A program made the position numbers and the translations under genes. The notes beneath the pieces are model-generated. The model was not told where the DNA came from. It did no database searches and saw nothing but the letters and a program-made list of their open reading frames with translations. Source: Andalucia godoyi And28 (taxonomy: Eukaryota; Protista; Jakobida). From it: a stretch of 64,000 nucleotides of DNA. The stretch is from contig VRVR01000054.1 of the NCBI GenBank assembly GCA_009859145.1, positions 62,001 to 126,000 of the forward strand, given 5' to 3'. Shown piece after piece: positions 9,435 through 19,843 of the stretch (position 1 is its first letter; each line of letters opens with the position of its first letter).

Positions 9435-11537
9435 CTATACTCCCGCCACAACCATCTGCGGGATTGACGTAGCTGCCACGGGGGCCCCGACGCCAGCGGG
9501 ATTCGACAGTTGGTGAAGAACTTCGCGCATGTGTCGCAATTTTCTGGCAAAGTCTGGTCGTCCGTCGACAAATGCAGATGTCAACGGTTGGTTGGAGACT
9601 GCGCCGGAAGGTTCAACAACTGTTACGTTCACGGCCTTGGATTCAGAGGCTAGAAGAATATGGGTCCCATCGAAAAAGTTCATCTGAACACTCTTGTTGG
9701 ACATTCGTACTGTAATCGCTTGGTCTGTCTTGATCCAGCGCTTCACATAGACCAGATCCTCAACATGGTTGACCATTGATGGAGTGGGAAACTGCTCTGC
9801 AAACGTCGGGGTGGGGCCTGGAAGCATAGCCAGTCCAGAAAGCTTGCGTAGGGCTTGCTGCTGAGGTGTAGTTGGTGCCACAAGGCAGTTCTTCGAAGGA
9901 GACGACGAACCTTCAGCATTTGAGGGTGAGACGCAATGCGATTCGAAATGACGCTTGAAATACTTGATCAGCGTGACCTTCTTTCGCAAGTTTTCCGGGT
10001 AACTCTCTAAAGAATGCTGTTCATGCTCATCATACGCGCCCTGCGTAGAACGCTTTCTGTCAAAGTAATCGACAGTCCCGGTAGCATCATTGCGAAGCAA
10101 CATCTTTGTGGAATCGTTGAAGTGGCCTCCAACCATTCCATTTGACATTAGAAATGCAAGGCCGTACTTCGAGGAGAAATCCGCCCACTGAAGAATCCAG
10201 ACAGCCCCTTGCACTCCTGGTGACGCCTGGAACGGTGCCGAAGAAGAAGTTTTCGCAGCAGCAAAGATATTGTCAAGCTTGTCAGAAGCCGAAGGAACGA
10301 GGGGTCGAGCAGTGGAAGATGTTGTCGACGGCCGAGAAGTCATGGGCATCCGAAGAGCAGACATTGCATTCGAAGACTGGGATGAGGGGCGGCTGGTCAA
10401 GAGTCCTTGGGAGGTCGGCTGTGCCAGAACCTGATTGGACGTAACGGACCGAAGAGGCAAGCGGAAAGTTGCGGTCGAGCCAGGAACAGGATGAGCACCG
10501 TACGACGGAATCGAGCCTGATGTGCTTTCAAACTTCGCCACGGGAGCGGTAGCCACATTTTGTGCATGATTCTCGTTCTCATTGACAACGTAGGGGGTGT
10601 GCAAACATGAAAGCGGAAGAGACGTCGGGAATGCGCCACACGAGAAGAACACATCGGCACGGATCTGCGAAACAGTTGGACGGGCAGCAGGATTTGGGAC
10701 AAGAATCCGCTTGATCAGATCCCGCGCTTCATGGGAGATATGGACTCCTTCAGGGAAGGTATATGAATTTGATCGAATCTTGCGGTATGTTGTCTTGACA
10801 TCAGCAGTCTCGAATGGGGGTTTTCCAATGAGCAAAGTGTACAAAATGACTCCTAGAGACCAGACATCAACTTCATACGAATGTCCGACCTTCCCTCCAT
10901 CAAGAATTTCAGGTGCAATGTAATTTGGTGTTCCGCAAATCGTGGTCTTGCGTTCGCCGTCATAGTCGAGCTGTGCGGCCAGCCCAAAGTCCCCGATCTT
11001 GATGTTCAAATAAGAATCGAGAAACAGGTTTCCCAGTTTCAAATCTCGGTGAATCGCACGATTCTTGTGCATGTACTCAACTCCAGAGAGGATTTGAGAC
11101 ATGATGTAACGGGTTTCCGGTTCGGTCAGACGCTTCCGTCGCTTGTTCAATTCCATTAACGTCTGGTTGCTGCAGAGCTCAAGAAGAATGTAGACGTGTT
11201 CTGCGTCCTCAAAGTGCTTCAAAAACCGGACAATATGCTTGTGGGTGAGAGCATTGTGAATCTTGATTTCAGTGAACAACTTTGCTTTTGCTTTCGGCTT
11301 GGTTAAAGCCGCCTTGGCTATGACCTTGCAGGCAGTTAGCTCTCCATTAGTGAGGTCAAGGAGTTCGTAAACTCTTGCAAAACCGCCTTTTCCAAGCTGC
11401 TTTCCAAGAGAGTACTTGCGAGGAGGATTACAGGAATCATCAACAATGATTCGAGGGGTGAGAGCTGGCGGGCCCGAAGAAGCTGAGTGCGAGACAGGCG
11501 CTGGCGCAGCTGCCGACGTGGGTCTTGCAGGGTTCAT
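9435..11537 (-). CDS. PLK1: Polo-like kinase
   Basis: ATG at 11537. LGKGGFA, HRDLKLGN, DFGLA and ICGTPNYIAPE, followed by C-terminal polo boxes (WADFSSKYGLAF, GHFNDSTKM, YVKRW, VQMNFFDGT). Confidence 0.95.
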   Translation of the reverse strand: MNPARPTSAAAPAPVSHSASSGPPALTPRIIVDDSCNPPRKYSLGKQLGKGGFARVYELLDLTNGELTACKVIAKAALTKPKAKAKLFTEIKIHNALTHKHIVRFLKHFEDAEHVYILLELCSNQTLMELNKRRKRLTEPETRYIMSQILSGVEYMHKNRAIHRDLKLGNLFLDSYLNIKIGDFGLAAQLDYDGERKTTICGTPNYIAPEILDGGKVGHSYEVDVWSLGVILYTLLIGKPPFETADVKTTYRKIRSNSYTFPEGVHISHEARDLIKRILVPNPAARPTVSQIRADVFFSCGAFPTSLPLSCLHTPYVVNENENHAQNVATAPVAKFESTSGSIPSYGAHPVPGSTATFRLPLRSVTSNQVLAQPTSQGLLTSRPSSQSSNAMSALRMPMTSRPSTTSSTARPLVPSASDKLDNIFAAAKTSSSAPFQASPGVQGAVWILQWADFSSKYGLAFLMSNGMVGGHFNDSTKMLLRNDATGTVDYFDRKRSTQGAYDEHEQHSLESYPENLRKKVTLIKYFKRHFESHCVSPSNAEGSSSPSKNCLVAPTTPQQQALRKLSGLAMLPGPTPTFAEQFPTPSMVNHVEDLVYVKRWIKTDQAITVRMSNKSVQMNFFDGTHILLASESKAVNVTVVEPSGAVSNQPLTSAFVDGRPDFARKLRHMREVLHQLSNPAGVGAPVAATSIPQMVVAGV

Positions 11538-11636
11538 GATCAAGCCGGCAAAAGGAAAATGAAAGATGATGAGCTGTAAAAGAAAGGAGAACGGAAAAAG
11601 TGTGAAATGTGAAAGGGGAATGAAGACCAAGATCTA

Positions 11637-11740
11637 GAGGAAGAGGAAGAGGAAAAAGAACAAAAGAAAAAGAAGAAAAAGAAGAAAAAGAAGAGGAAGA
11701 GGAAGAGGAAGAGGAAGAGGAAGAGGAAGAAAGAAAAAAG
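11637..11740. repeat. Purine-rich (GAGGAA)n/(GAA)n tract upstream of PLK1
   Basis: Repeated GAGGAA and GAAAAAGAA units; pyrimidine-rich on the PLK1 coding strand. Confidence 0.85.
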
Positions 11741-12115
11741 GTATGCAGAATTACAAAAAGAGAGAACCGGGGAAAGAACGTGCAGAGCGCAGAAAGCAAA
11801 TCAGGCGTCAGCAACCATTTAAAAAAAGAGAGAACCGGTGAAAAATTCCATAACGGAATTCTGCACTGCCGGACATTTTTTTGTCGGATTTGCAATGGGC
11901 GGTGAGCAAGAACCTGTCGTAGTCCACTGCACCTCCATTCTTTTATTTTCGATCGATCGATCCCCTCCAGCCACGGAGAGACAGCACTTTTCCTGTCAGC
12001 GCGACCTCCTTCTCGGCGTCCATTGCATTTTTTACGCTGCCAGGTTTCTGTTTTGCTCTGCCCGTTTTGTGTTTTTCTCGTAGACGCTTATCTCTCTGTT
12101 TCACTTTCAGCAACA

Positions 12116-13681
12116 ATGTTCCGCTTTTCTCCGTTTCTTCGATCGGCTGGCGCCCACCGTGCCGTGGCATTCCCTGAGCGCCTTGCCACCATTCGCTCGA
12201 CTGCCCAGTTAGGGGGAGGACAGGCCCGTATCGACACTCAGCATTCCAAAGGAAAATTGACTGCTCGCGAACGACTCCAAGTTCTTCTTGATCCCAGCTC
12301 ATTCCGCGAAACAGATGCTTTGGCGCTTCATCGCTGCACGGATTTCGGTATGGATAAGCAGAAGTTCTATGGAGACTCGGTCGTCACTGGATCGGGCACA
12401 ATCCATGGTCGGCTTGTCTATGTGTTCTCCCAAGATTTTACTGTTTTCGGAGGCTCTCTCTCTGCAGTGCATGCAGAGAAGATTTGCAAGATCATGGATG
12501 CTGCCGTTAAGGTGGGAGCTCCGGTTATTGGAATCAATGATTCGGGCGGAGCTCGTATCCAAGAAGGCGTCGACTCGCTTGCCGGATATGCAGATGTCTT
12601 CCAGCGAAACGTCCTGTCTTCTGGAGTGGTGCCCCAGCTGTCCTTGATTACTGGTCCTTGCGCCGGTGGTGCAGTGTACTCCCCCGCATTGACTGACTTT
12701 GTTCTCATGTCTCGCGGAACTTCATATATGTTTGTCACTGGACCGGATGTAGTGAAGACAGTTACCGGCGAGACTGTCACTCAGGAGGAACTCGGCGGCG
12801 CTTCAACGCATACTGCAAAATCTGGAGTTGCGCACGCTGCATTTGACAATGAGTTTGAACTGCTGACTGCTACTCGCGAGTTGCTGTCGTATCTTCCTTC
12901 GTCCAACAAGGATCAGCCCCCTGTCGTGCCATCCACAGACCCGTGGAACCGCTCGTGTGATGCTCTACGATTCGCTGTCCCTGACGACCCAAATGCATCA
13001 TACAATATGAAGGACGTCATTTCCCAGGTCGTGGACCGCAATTCGATTTTTGAAATCATGCCGGACTTCGCCCGCAACATGATCACTGCTTTCGCACGCA
13101 TTGAAGGGAAAACAGTCGGCATTGTTGCCAACCAGCCATGCGAACTTGCTGGGTGCCTGGATATTGACTCCTCCGTCAAGGGGGCGCGATTTGTACGATT
13201 CTGCGACGCGTTCAACATTCCGATTGTAACATTTGTCGATGTTCCAGGATTTCTGCCTGGCACTGCACAAGAATACGGTGGCATCATTCGCCACGGTGCA
13301 AAGCTGCTTTATGCGTATGCCGAGGCAACTGTGCCCAAAGTGACTGTAATCACTCGCAAGGCCTATGGTGGAGCATATGATGTGATGTCGTCGAAGCATC
13401 TTCGAGGCGACTCAAATTATGCCTGGCCGTCGGCAGAGATCGCCGTTATGGGTGCAAAAGGCGCTGTGGAGATCATTTTCCGCGGAAAGAACGTCGAGGA
13501 AGAAACCGCCAATTACACGGAACGATTCGCGAACCCTTTGAAGGCTGCAGAGAGAGGATTTATCGATGACATCATTGCTCCCGAAGACACCAGAAAGCGC
13601 ATTGCCGAAGATCTTCGCGGACTGCGTGCCCGGAAGGATGTGAAAAACTTGTGCCGTAAGCATGGAAACATCCCTCTGTAA
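12116..13681 (+). CDS. PCCB: Propionyl-CoA carboxylase beta chain, mitochondrial
   Basis: ATG at 12116 with an Arg-rich presequence ([10 protein letters not shown]...). Carboxyltransferase motifs [45 protein letters not shown] and terminal KHGNIPL. Confidence 0.96.
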   Translation: MFRFSPFLRSAGAHRAVAFPERLATIRSTAQLGGGQARIDTQHSKGKLTARERLQVLLDPSSFRETDALALHRCTDFGMDKQKFYGDSVVTGSGTIHGRLVYVFSQDFTVFGGSLSAVHAEKICKIMDAAVKVGAPVIGINDSGGARIQEGVDSLAGYADVFQRNVLSSGVVPQLSLITGPCAGGAVYSPALTDFVLMSRGTSYMFVTGPDVVKTVTGETVTQEELGGASTHTAKSGVAHAAFDNEFELLTATRELLSYLPSSNKDQPPVVPSTDPWNRSCDALRFAVPDDPNASYNMKDVISQVVDRNSIFEIMPDFARNMITAFARIEGKTVGIVANQPCELAGCLDIDSSVKGARFVRFCDAFNIPIVTFVDVPGFLPGTAQEYGGIIRHGAKLLYAYAEATVPKVTVITRKAYGGAYDVMSSKHLRGDSNYAWPSAEIAVMGAKGAVEIIFRGKNVEEETANYTERFANPLKAAERGFIDDIIAPEDTRKRIAEDLRGLRARKDVKNLCRKHGNIPL

Positions 13682-14012
13682 GTGCTCGTCGGGTATGGCC
13701 CCCTGTAAGTCTGCTGCGTGCATCGTTTATGTGAATAAATTGCTTGTTGTTTGTGTGTTCGGTTTTGTTTTTTTTTATGCAAGAAAAAAGAGTCCGGCGA
13801 AGCAGACAGTCTGTGGTGGAAAATCGAAACTATTTGAACAGTGAGTTTCATTGTGTTCCTCCAAGATGAAATCTTTTCTTCATGGGTTTTGGATTGGTTT
13901 CTCCTTCATTTTCTTCTCCTCTTTGTGTTTGTTTTATTTTATTTTATTTTTGTTTGATTTTTGTTTTGGCCTACTTGCGGATTGCCTCGACCGTGACAGC
14001 AGGGAGCGATAC

Positions 14013-14945
14013 ATGATCCGGTTATTGCGGCCGTTCTCTACTGCCCACCTGCAGAATTGTAGACGAGGCCTTCTTCATTTTGCCACTGGATCTGTGTGTA
14101 GACGATTTAGCTCATCTCCCAACGGTCCCGATATAGAAGAAGAAGAAGTTTCCCAATCCCTTTCACGGCGTGGGCTCAGGAAACCGACGTCGACGTCGTC
14201 GTCACCGTCTTCTGCAACAAGCAAGAAAATTCGACAAGCTGTCATTGATAATGAACAGGAAGACCTTTTGGTCAATGGACTGCCAATACTCGACGTGCAG
14301 AAGAAATCGGCTGTCCCTCGTGTTCGAGTTCTCGTTACTGACCCTTGTTATTGCACCACGGCTTCTGAGTTGGAAAGTACACTGAACAAACGCCCGGAAT
14401 GCGGCGTTTCTCTACTTCTCCCCCAGTCTGTACTCGCCAAGTTGTCGAAATCGGTTGTCCGCTACGGCTCCCGCACATACCTCGGAATTGCCGGTGGGGA
14501 TTTAGAGTACAAGTTGGTTGGTTCTCACTCTTCAGATTCTGGCATGACTTGCTTGATCGATTCTTCAAAGTTTCCCTTTCTGAAGAGCATCATGTCGCAT
14601 TTGTCAACTCGTGATGCGGTCGAGTCAGGAACAGTTGTTGCGTCTTCTGAACATCCAGCGCCAGTTGAGCCTTGTCGAAAACACATTGCAAAGGACAAAG
14701 GCTGGATATTGGACTGGGAATCTTTTGTGATCTGGAAGGAATCTGCATTGCTTCAAGCGCAGGCCCCGACTCATAACATCTTCGATGTTTTTGCGGATAT
14801 TAACTCGGAAAACGTGGAGGTTTGGAGATATCCAAAAAGAGGAGTTATCAAAGGATTACTGTTTAAGCCGCCGTCATCGGAAGAAGAATTGCCGGCTCAC
14901 CACGGGTCATCATTCAACGTTTCTCGAGGGCCGATCCAAAAGTAA
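14013..14945 (+). CDS. Probable mitochondrial protein, possibly a divergent AIM24-like beta-rich domain
   Basis: ATG at 14013 with a presequence-like N-terminus (MIRLLRPFSTAHLQNCRR...RRFSS). The C-terminal half is beta-rich, and KGWILDWESFVIW resembles the AIM24 'L.VD...+VA' segment. The family call is weak. Confidence 0.55.
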   Translation: MIRLLRPFSTAHLQNCRRGLLHFATGSVCRRFSSSPNGPDIEEEEVSQSLSRRGLRKPTSTSSSPSSATSKKIRQAVIDNEQEDLLVNGLPILDVQKKSAVPRVRVLVTDPCYCTTASELESTLNKRPECGVSLLLPQSVLAKLSKSVVRYGSRTYLGIAGGDLEYKLVGSHSSDSGMTCLIDSSKFPFLKSIMSHLSTRDAVESGTVVASSEHPAPVEPCRKHIAKDKGWILDWESFVIWKESALLQAQAPTHNIFDVFADINSENVEVWRYPKRGVIKGLLFKPPSSEEELPAHHGSSFNVSRGPIQK

Positions 14946-14958
14946 CTTTTATACCTCT

Positions 14959-15650
14959 TCAGAATTCACCGTTGATCCCCAAATCATCATCTGTAAACTG
15001 TTCCCCATATTTTTTAACCTCGGCGTGCATCGTGCCATGTAATATTTGCCAGGAAGTGGCGGTCACCTCCGCGCAACTGACACCGGGGATGTTCCAGCTG
15101 CCAATGAGATTGTGCGAGATGTCCGTATCGCCAGGGCAGAAGAAAAAAACACACCAATACCTTACGTTTGTCGAACAAGCCGATCCACTGACCACTTCGA
15201 ACAGATAGTTCCAGCATCTCCGACAGATGAGATCGTTCCTGGTGTATGGAAAGTTGGATAGAAATGCGAATTTAGCAGCGCAAATATCAGAAGGACACAT
15301 CCCAACATCCCTGTCACAGGTCTTGCAATCGTCCTGGAAACGCTCAACCGCAGTTCCAATGCACTTTACGAGATCATGCTTCAAGCACTGGTTCCGAAAC
15401 CCTGTTTTCGCATTCAGTCCAACTGCAGCCAGCTGAAAATGCCTGACACACCGACCGGTGGTTCACAGAGTCGGGGATTCGACGTCGAAAACTGATCTGC
15501 CACGCGACATGACCGTCTCTCACTTTTAAGAAAGAGCGACGGAGATACACATGCAGCTGAAACGGTGAACCAGAAACCACACACTGGGATAGGAGAACCT
15601 GCTGAATTTTGCAATTATCACACACACCAAAAGTCATATCAGCGGACAAT
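14959..15650 (-). CDS. Candidate spliced Cys-rich gene (exons about 15524-15650 and 14959/15166-15432), product unknown
   Basis: A minus-strand GT-AG intron at 15523->15433 (GTGAG...TTTTCAG, 91 nt) joins two ORFs in phase 0. A TTTTAG acceptor lies at 15651-15656. Not verified, and the gene ends are unresolved. Confidence 0.3.
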
Positions 15651-17165
15651 CTAAAATTATGTCAGTTTCCAGAGATCTTATTGTCATACCAAATGCGTCA
15701 AAACGTTTGTTAGCTACCCGTGGAATGCGAAACGTGCATTTCCAACAGATCAGTCATCAGACAAAACTCATAAAAGCAAAAGGAGTGATACTGATAGTCA
15801 TGATATTACAGAACTCCACCGAAGTATTTCACCTTTTCGGCAGCATGCAGTTCAAAAAAAGAATGCTTTTCAACAACAGTGTTAAAAGGAGAATGCCAGT
15901 TTTGGACGTGCACTTGCTGACAGTTATGGGGGGAGCATTCAGTAATGAAGTCGACAGCCGTGTAAGAAAAAAATAAAGACAATGAATATAGTGTTGCAGA
16001 CCGAAGTCAGCGGCTTTAATCAAAAGATTCTGTTAAACCTCGCAGAGCGGTTCACAGCGAGGTAACCAACCTTCTACTTAAAATTCCACTCTCATGACAA
16101 AGGTGGCTGCTGCATGAATGATCTCTGATTTTTGTTGAATGTTGATTTTCTGGGCCGGGGGACATCCAATGGAGTGTTTTACCAAACTAGCTTCGGTCAT
16201 TACACTCTGGCAGTACATCGAATGTCATCTGGCTGCCATCTGCGTTGCTTACATTTGCTGACAATCCTGCCGAAATGTGTCTTCACAGTTATCTGAAAGC
16301 TCGCGTCCTTAGTATGGGTTTCCAGCATCCGTTTCTTCATCCACATGCGTGTTGTCATTTAGGCTTCAGCTATGAAAACATTAAATGTTCAGATTTGTGG
16401 AGGTTACCGTTTGGATCAGTTTGCAGTAAATGACGGCTCTGACGGAGGAACAGTTTCGGACATTGATGGTTGATTTCATTTCGATAGTGGTCTGCAATCA
16501 GATGTTGAACAGAGCGAAACTCAGCACTGGACTTTCGTTGGTGACGGAATCGACAATTGTGCTGATGCATATGAAAACGGACGGTTTGCGTCGTTTGACT
16601 TTGCCGAAGCACCAGCAATCGCTTTCCAACGGCGTGCGAGATAACGTGCAGCATGCATTCTTTAGCGCTGTGTCAGTAATGTTTTTTTAGCTTGCCGACT
16701 GTGTACGTCCTTCTTTCTTCCATATCCGGATGTCAAGATTCGTTTCTATTGAATCAGGTGTTTTGCAGTTAAGGATTTGACCTTTCACATTTTCTATGGT
16801 GCGTGTGTTGATGAAATCATGATCCGTGAGAACTGGCCTGTTCCAACGGTTTTTTTTGCCACTCGACGCCTTTCTTCATTTGCCCGTTTTGGCTGAAAAG
16901 TGCCATATCATGTCTGTAGTTTTGCATTGAGTGCACCACAACAGCCAGTGGAACTGTTTTGAACACTGGTGATACTCAGTCGCCGAAATACTGGTTTCGG
17001 TTTTGCGATTTTTGAAATGTTTGCCGAGTCTTCAATGTAGATCGGATGTTGTCGGTTTCTTTTTTTCAGCTGTTCAGATTTTTTACCTAGTCTGTCTGAT
17101 CAGAAAAACAGAAGAATGCCAAATTCCTGAAAAGATAACTCGGTTGCAGCAATTGCCGCCGATCG

Positions 17166-17987
17166 TCAAAAGCGGCCGGACTGGTAGTCAGCGAATGCTT
17201 GTCGAATTTCATCCTGGGTGTTCATGACGAAAGGGCCATATCGGGCCACTGGTTCACCTGTCGGCATTCCTCCTATTAAAACAAACCTTCCTGGCTTGGA
17301 TCCGCAATATTCGATCCTGACAAACGACTTTGCACTGTCCACCTCAAAGAGGACGAAGTCCTTTTCATTTGCAATCCGTTCCCCGTTAACTTTCACACTT
17401 CCTTCCAGCACATATATAAACGCGTTAAAGGCAGGATTGACGGTCTGCTCCAGAACAGCGCCTTCTTCTCGCATTGTAAAATCCACGTAGACGGCATCCG
17501 TAACCAACTTCACAGGAGAATGCACACCCAAGGCCGTGCCTGCAATGACACGAGCAAACACCTTTCCATCCTCGGATGTTCCCTCGGGCAGCTGATCAAG
17601 TTCTTGGTAGCTGGGTTCGCACATTTTGTCCTTTGATTTCAAATTGATCCACAATTGAAGCCCGTGATTGACGCCTGGCGTTGCCGGCATTTCTGAGTGA
17701 ACAACGCCTTTTCCGGCCGTCATCCACTGGATACCATGCTCCTTGATCACCCCTTCGTGGCCCTTATTATCCTTGTGTTTGAATGCGCCGTGCAGCATAT
17801 AGGTTACAGTTGCAAACCCTCGATGCGGGTGGTCGGGGAACCCTGCCGGTGGCGCAACAAAAAACTCATCCAACAGCAGAAACGGATCCAGCGAATCCAA
17901 TCTTTGTGAACCAATTGCGCGGGCTACTTTGGCACCATCGCCTTCATTTGTGAGCGCTGCGCGAATTACAGTTTTGATGCGACGCAT
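17166..17987 (-). CDS. PIR: Pirin (bicupin, Fe-binding)
   Basis: LDPFLLLDEF, GFPDHPHRGF, QWMTAGKGVVHSEMP, GLQLWINL and C-terminal PVARYGPFVMNT. Confidence 0.95.
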   Translation of the reverse strand: MRRIKTVIRAALTNEGDGAKVARAIGSQRLDSLDPFLLLDEFFVAPPAGFPDHPHRGFATVTYMLHGAFKHKDNKGHEGVIKEHGIQWMTAGKGVVHSEMPATPGVNHGLQLWINLKSKDKMCEPSYQELDQLPEGTSEDGKVFARVIAGTALGVHSPVKLVTDAVYVDFTMREEGAVLEQTVNPAFNAFIYVLEGSVKVNGERIANEKDFVLFEVDSAKSFVRIEYCGSKPGRFVLIGGMPTGEPVARYGPFVMNTQDEIRQAFADYQSGRF

Positions 17988-18395
17988 TTGGAGACGTGGC
18001 GTTTATTCTGATGTCAACTTCCGAAGAAGAAATCAAACCAGCAGCATCGAGAACTGGACTTGAAAGAAGAAACGAAGGAGGAAAATGGACAGACGTGAGG
18101 ATCCAATGCGGCAATTGACCAAATGACGCCGACTTCGAGAGTCGACAGCATGCGACCGGCTTTTCAAAGCGAAGCTCTTCGCCATTTTGATAGCCCAGAT
18201 TGTGGACTTGACTACGGTAAGGAAAATCGCGTCTCGGCTGAGTGTAAAATGCTTCCATTTATGATGTTGTTTGTTAGATGTTCCATGCTGCTACACAAAA
18301 CGGTCAGCCGTGAGTCGTGCGTCGCGTATTATTCTCACTCCAGCCGCTGTCCCATACGCTTGGCGGCCCTCACTGCACAAACAAAGCGGTCGCAA

Positions 18396-19733
18396 ATGTT
18401 TCGATTTAGTCACGCTCCACAACTCTTTTTCTTAGTCATATGGCTGTCTGTGTTTGCTACTCGTTGTTCGAGCTACGAATTCGCCGGGGACACTGATGAA
18501 AAGGTCACGATTGTATTGCGAAACAAACCAAAACATCCGATTCCAATGTCGCGGCATGCAAGAACGTTGGTTGTTCGATCTGGAAATGCAAAGTATGAAT
18601 GCATCTTGCCGACGCCGAAACATCTGATTGACGGTCGTGATGATCTCGAGTCGTTCCAAAGTACCAGCAGGTCGGAGTGGGATGCAGATGCCACCTCGAT
18701 AGGAGCCGAACCTGAAGGCAGTGGAGCAGACCTTGTGTCGTACCTGGACTCCAACCTCCGGAAAGATTGCGTCACGCTCTCCAATGGGGGTTGGTTCGTA
18801 TACGAAGTGTGCCCCTTCCGTCACGTTCGACAGTTTCATGCGGAGTCCAACAAACCTCCGACAATGGAATTCTATCTTGGACATTACAACGAAACTGCCT
18901 CGCATTCCGACAAGCAAAAAATGGTGCAGGTGTACGACGGCGGGACTCCTTGTGACCTCACCGGACAGCCGCGAAGGACTGTTGTGCATTATTTTTGCGA
19001 TCGAGTTTTGGAGCAACAGCCACACGCCCACAAGTTGCCAGCCGGAATACACATGGTTGATCAGCGTTCTGGGATCAAAGTCGAGGAGATTCCACGATTT
19101 TCTCTTCACGAGCCGTCTACGTGCACCTACGAATTGAAGTTTTATTCGAAACAGTTATGTGGACACCCGTCGGTCCAAGAAGAACTGTTGAAAAGTGCAG
19201 ACAGGGTCGCCACCATTCCGTGCGCATTTATGGAGCATGTCGACCGAAAGAAGCAATTATCGATGCAAGAAACAGGATCCACAGCTGACATCGACTCTGA
19301 AAGTGAGTTGTCCGTTGAAGACATTCTCGCGAAGGCGGAAAACGTTGCTGATTTTCAAGTGGATCTGGACAGCTTGCAGTTTCAAGAAAGCGATGGCGCA
19401 TTGGACTTGTCAGGAGTGGAGTTTCTCAACTTGAACCTTGACGACATGCAGGAAACGGACGACATGCAAGCCAAGATTGTAAATTCTGTTATTGAGCAAC
19501 TGCAGAAGCTCAAGAACAAAGTGAAGGACGCCGAGCTTGCCGCCCAGCAAGCTTTCGTCAAACAGGCTTCCGACAAGGTTTCGGATGTGGAACAAGACAC
19601 GTCATTGTCACCGTCATCATCTGACGTTCGCTCCGCTTCCTCCGCTGACCAAGCAGCAGTGACTTCCAATTCACAGTCTTGGAAAAACGATGCAGTCAGC
19701 GCCGATAAGAAGAAGGAAAAGGATGAATTGTAA
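18396..19733 (+). CDS. OS9: OS-9/Yos9-like ER lectin (MRH/PRKCSH domain), ERAD
   Basis: ATG at 18396 with a signal peptide. WFVYEVCPFRHVRQFH, YDGGTPCDLTGQPRRTVVHYFC and EPSTCTYEL...LC. C-terminal KDEL*. Confidence 0.85.
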   Translation: MFRFSHAPQLFFLVIWLSVFATRCSSYEFAGDTDEKVTIVLRNKPKHPIPMSRHARTLVVRSGNAKYECILPTPKHLIDGRDDLESFQSTSRSEWDADATSIGAEPEGSGADLVSYLDSNLRKDCVTLSNGGWFVYEVCPFRHVRQFHAESNKPPTMEFYLGHYNETASHSDKQKMVQVYDGGTPCDLTGQPRRTVVHYFCDRVLEQQPHAHKLPAGIHMVDQRSGIKVEEIPRFSLHEPSTCTYELKFYSKQLCGHPSVQEELLKSADRVATIPCAFMEHVDRKKQLSMQETGSTADIDSESELSVEDILAKAENVADFQVDLDSLQFQESDGALDLSGVEFLNLNLDDMQETDDMQAKIVNSVIEQLQKLKNKVKDAELAAQQAFVKQASDKVSDVEQDTSLSPSSSDVRSASSADQAAVTSNSQSWKNDAVSADKKKEKDEL

Positions 19734-19843
19734 TTTAGTTTCGTTTAAAAAATTTCACAAAGAACAAAAACAAACAACAACGAAGAAAATAAGAAGGACG
19801 TTGATAATATGATAGAGACTTTACATGAAAAAGGAAGTGGCGT

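Noticed and set aside
6910-11537. Functional link between the adjacent kinesin and PLK1 (S-S-P polo-box docking sites)
   Set aside because: SSP is common in Ser-rich tails, and tail-to-tail adjacency alone is not evidence.
11949-11962. TCGATCGATCGATC palindromic run in the PLK1/PCCB divergent spacer
   Set aside because: A single short occurrence, and GATC/CGAT words are frequent throughout the window.
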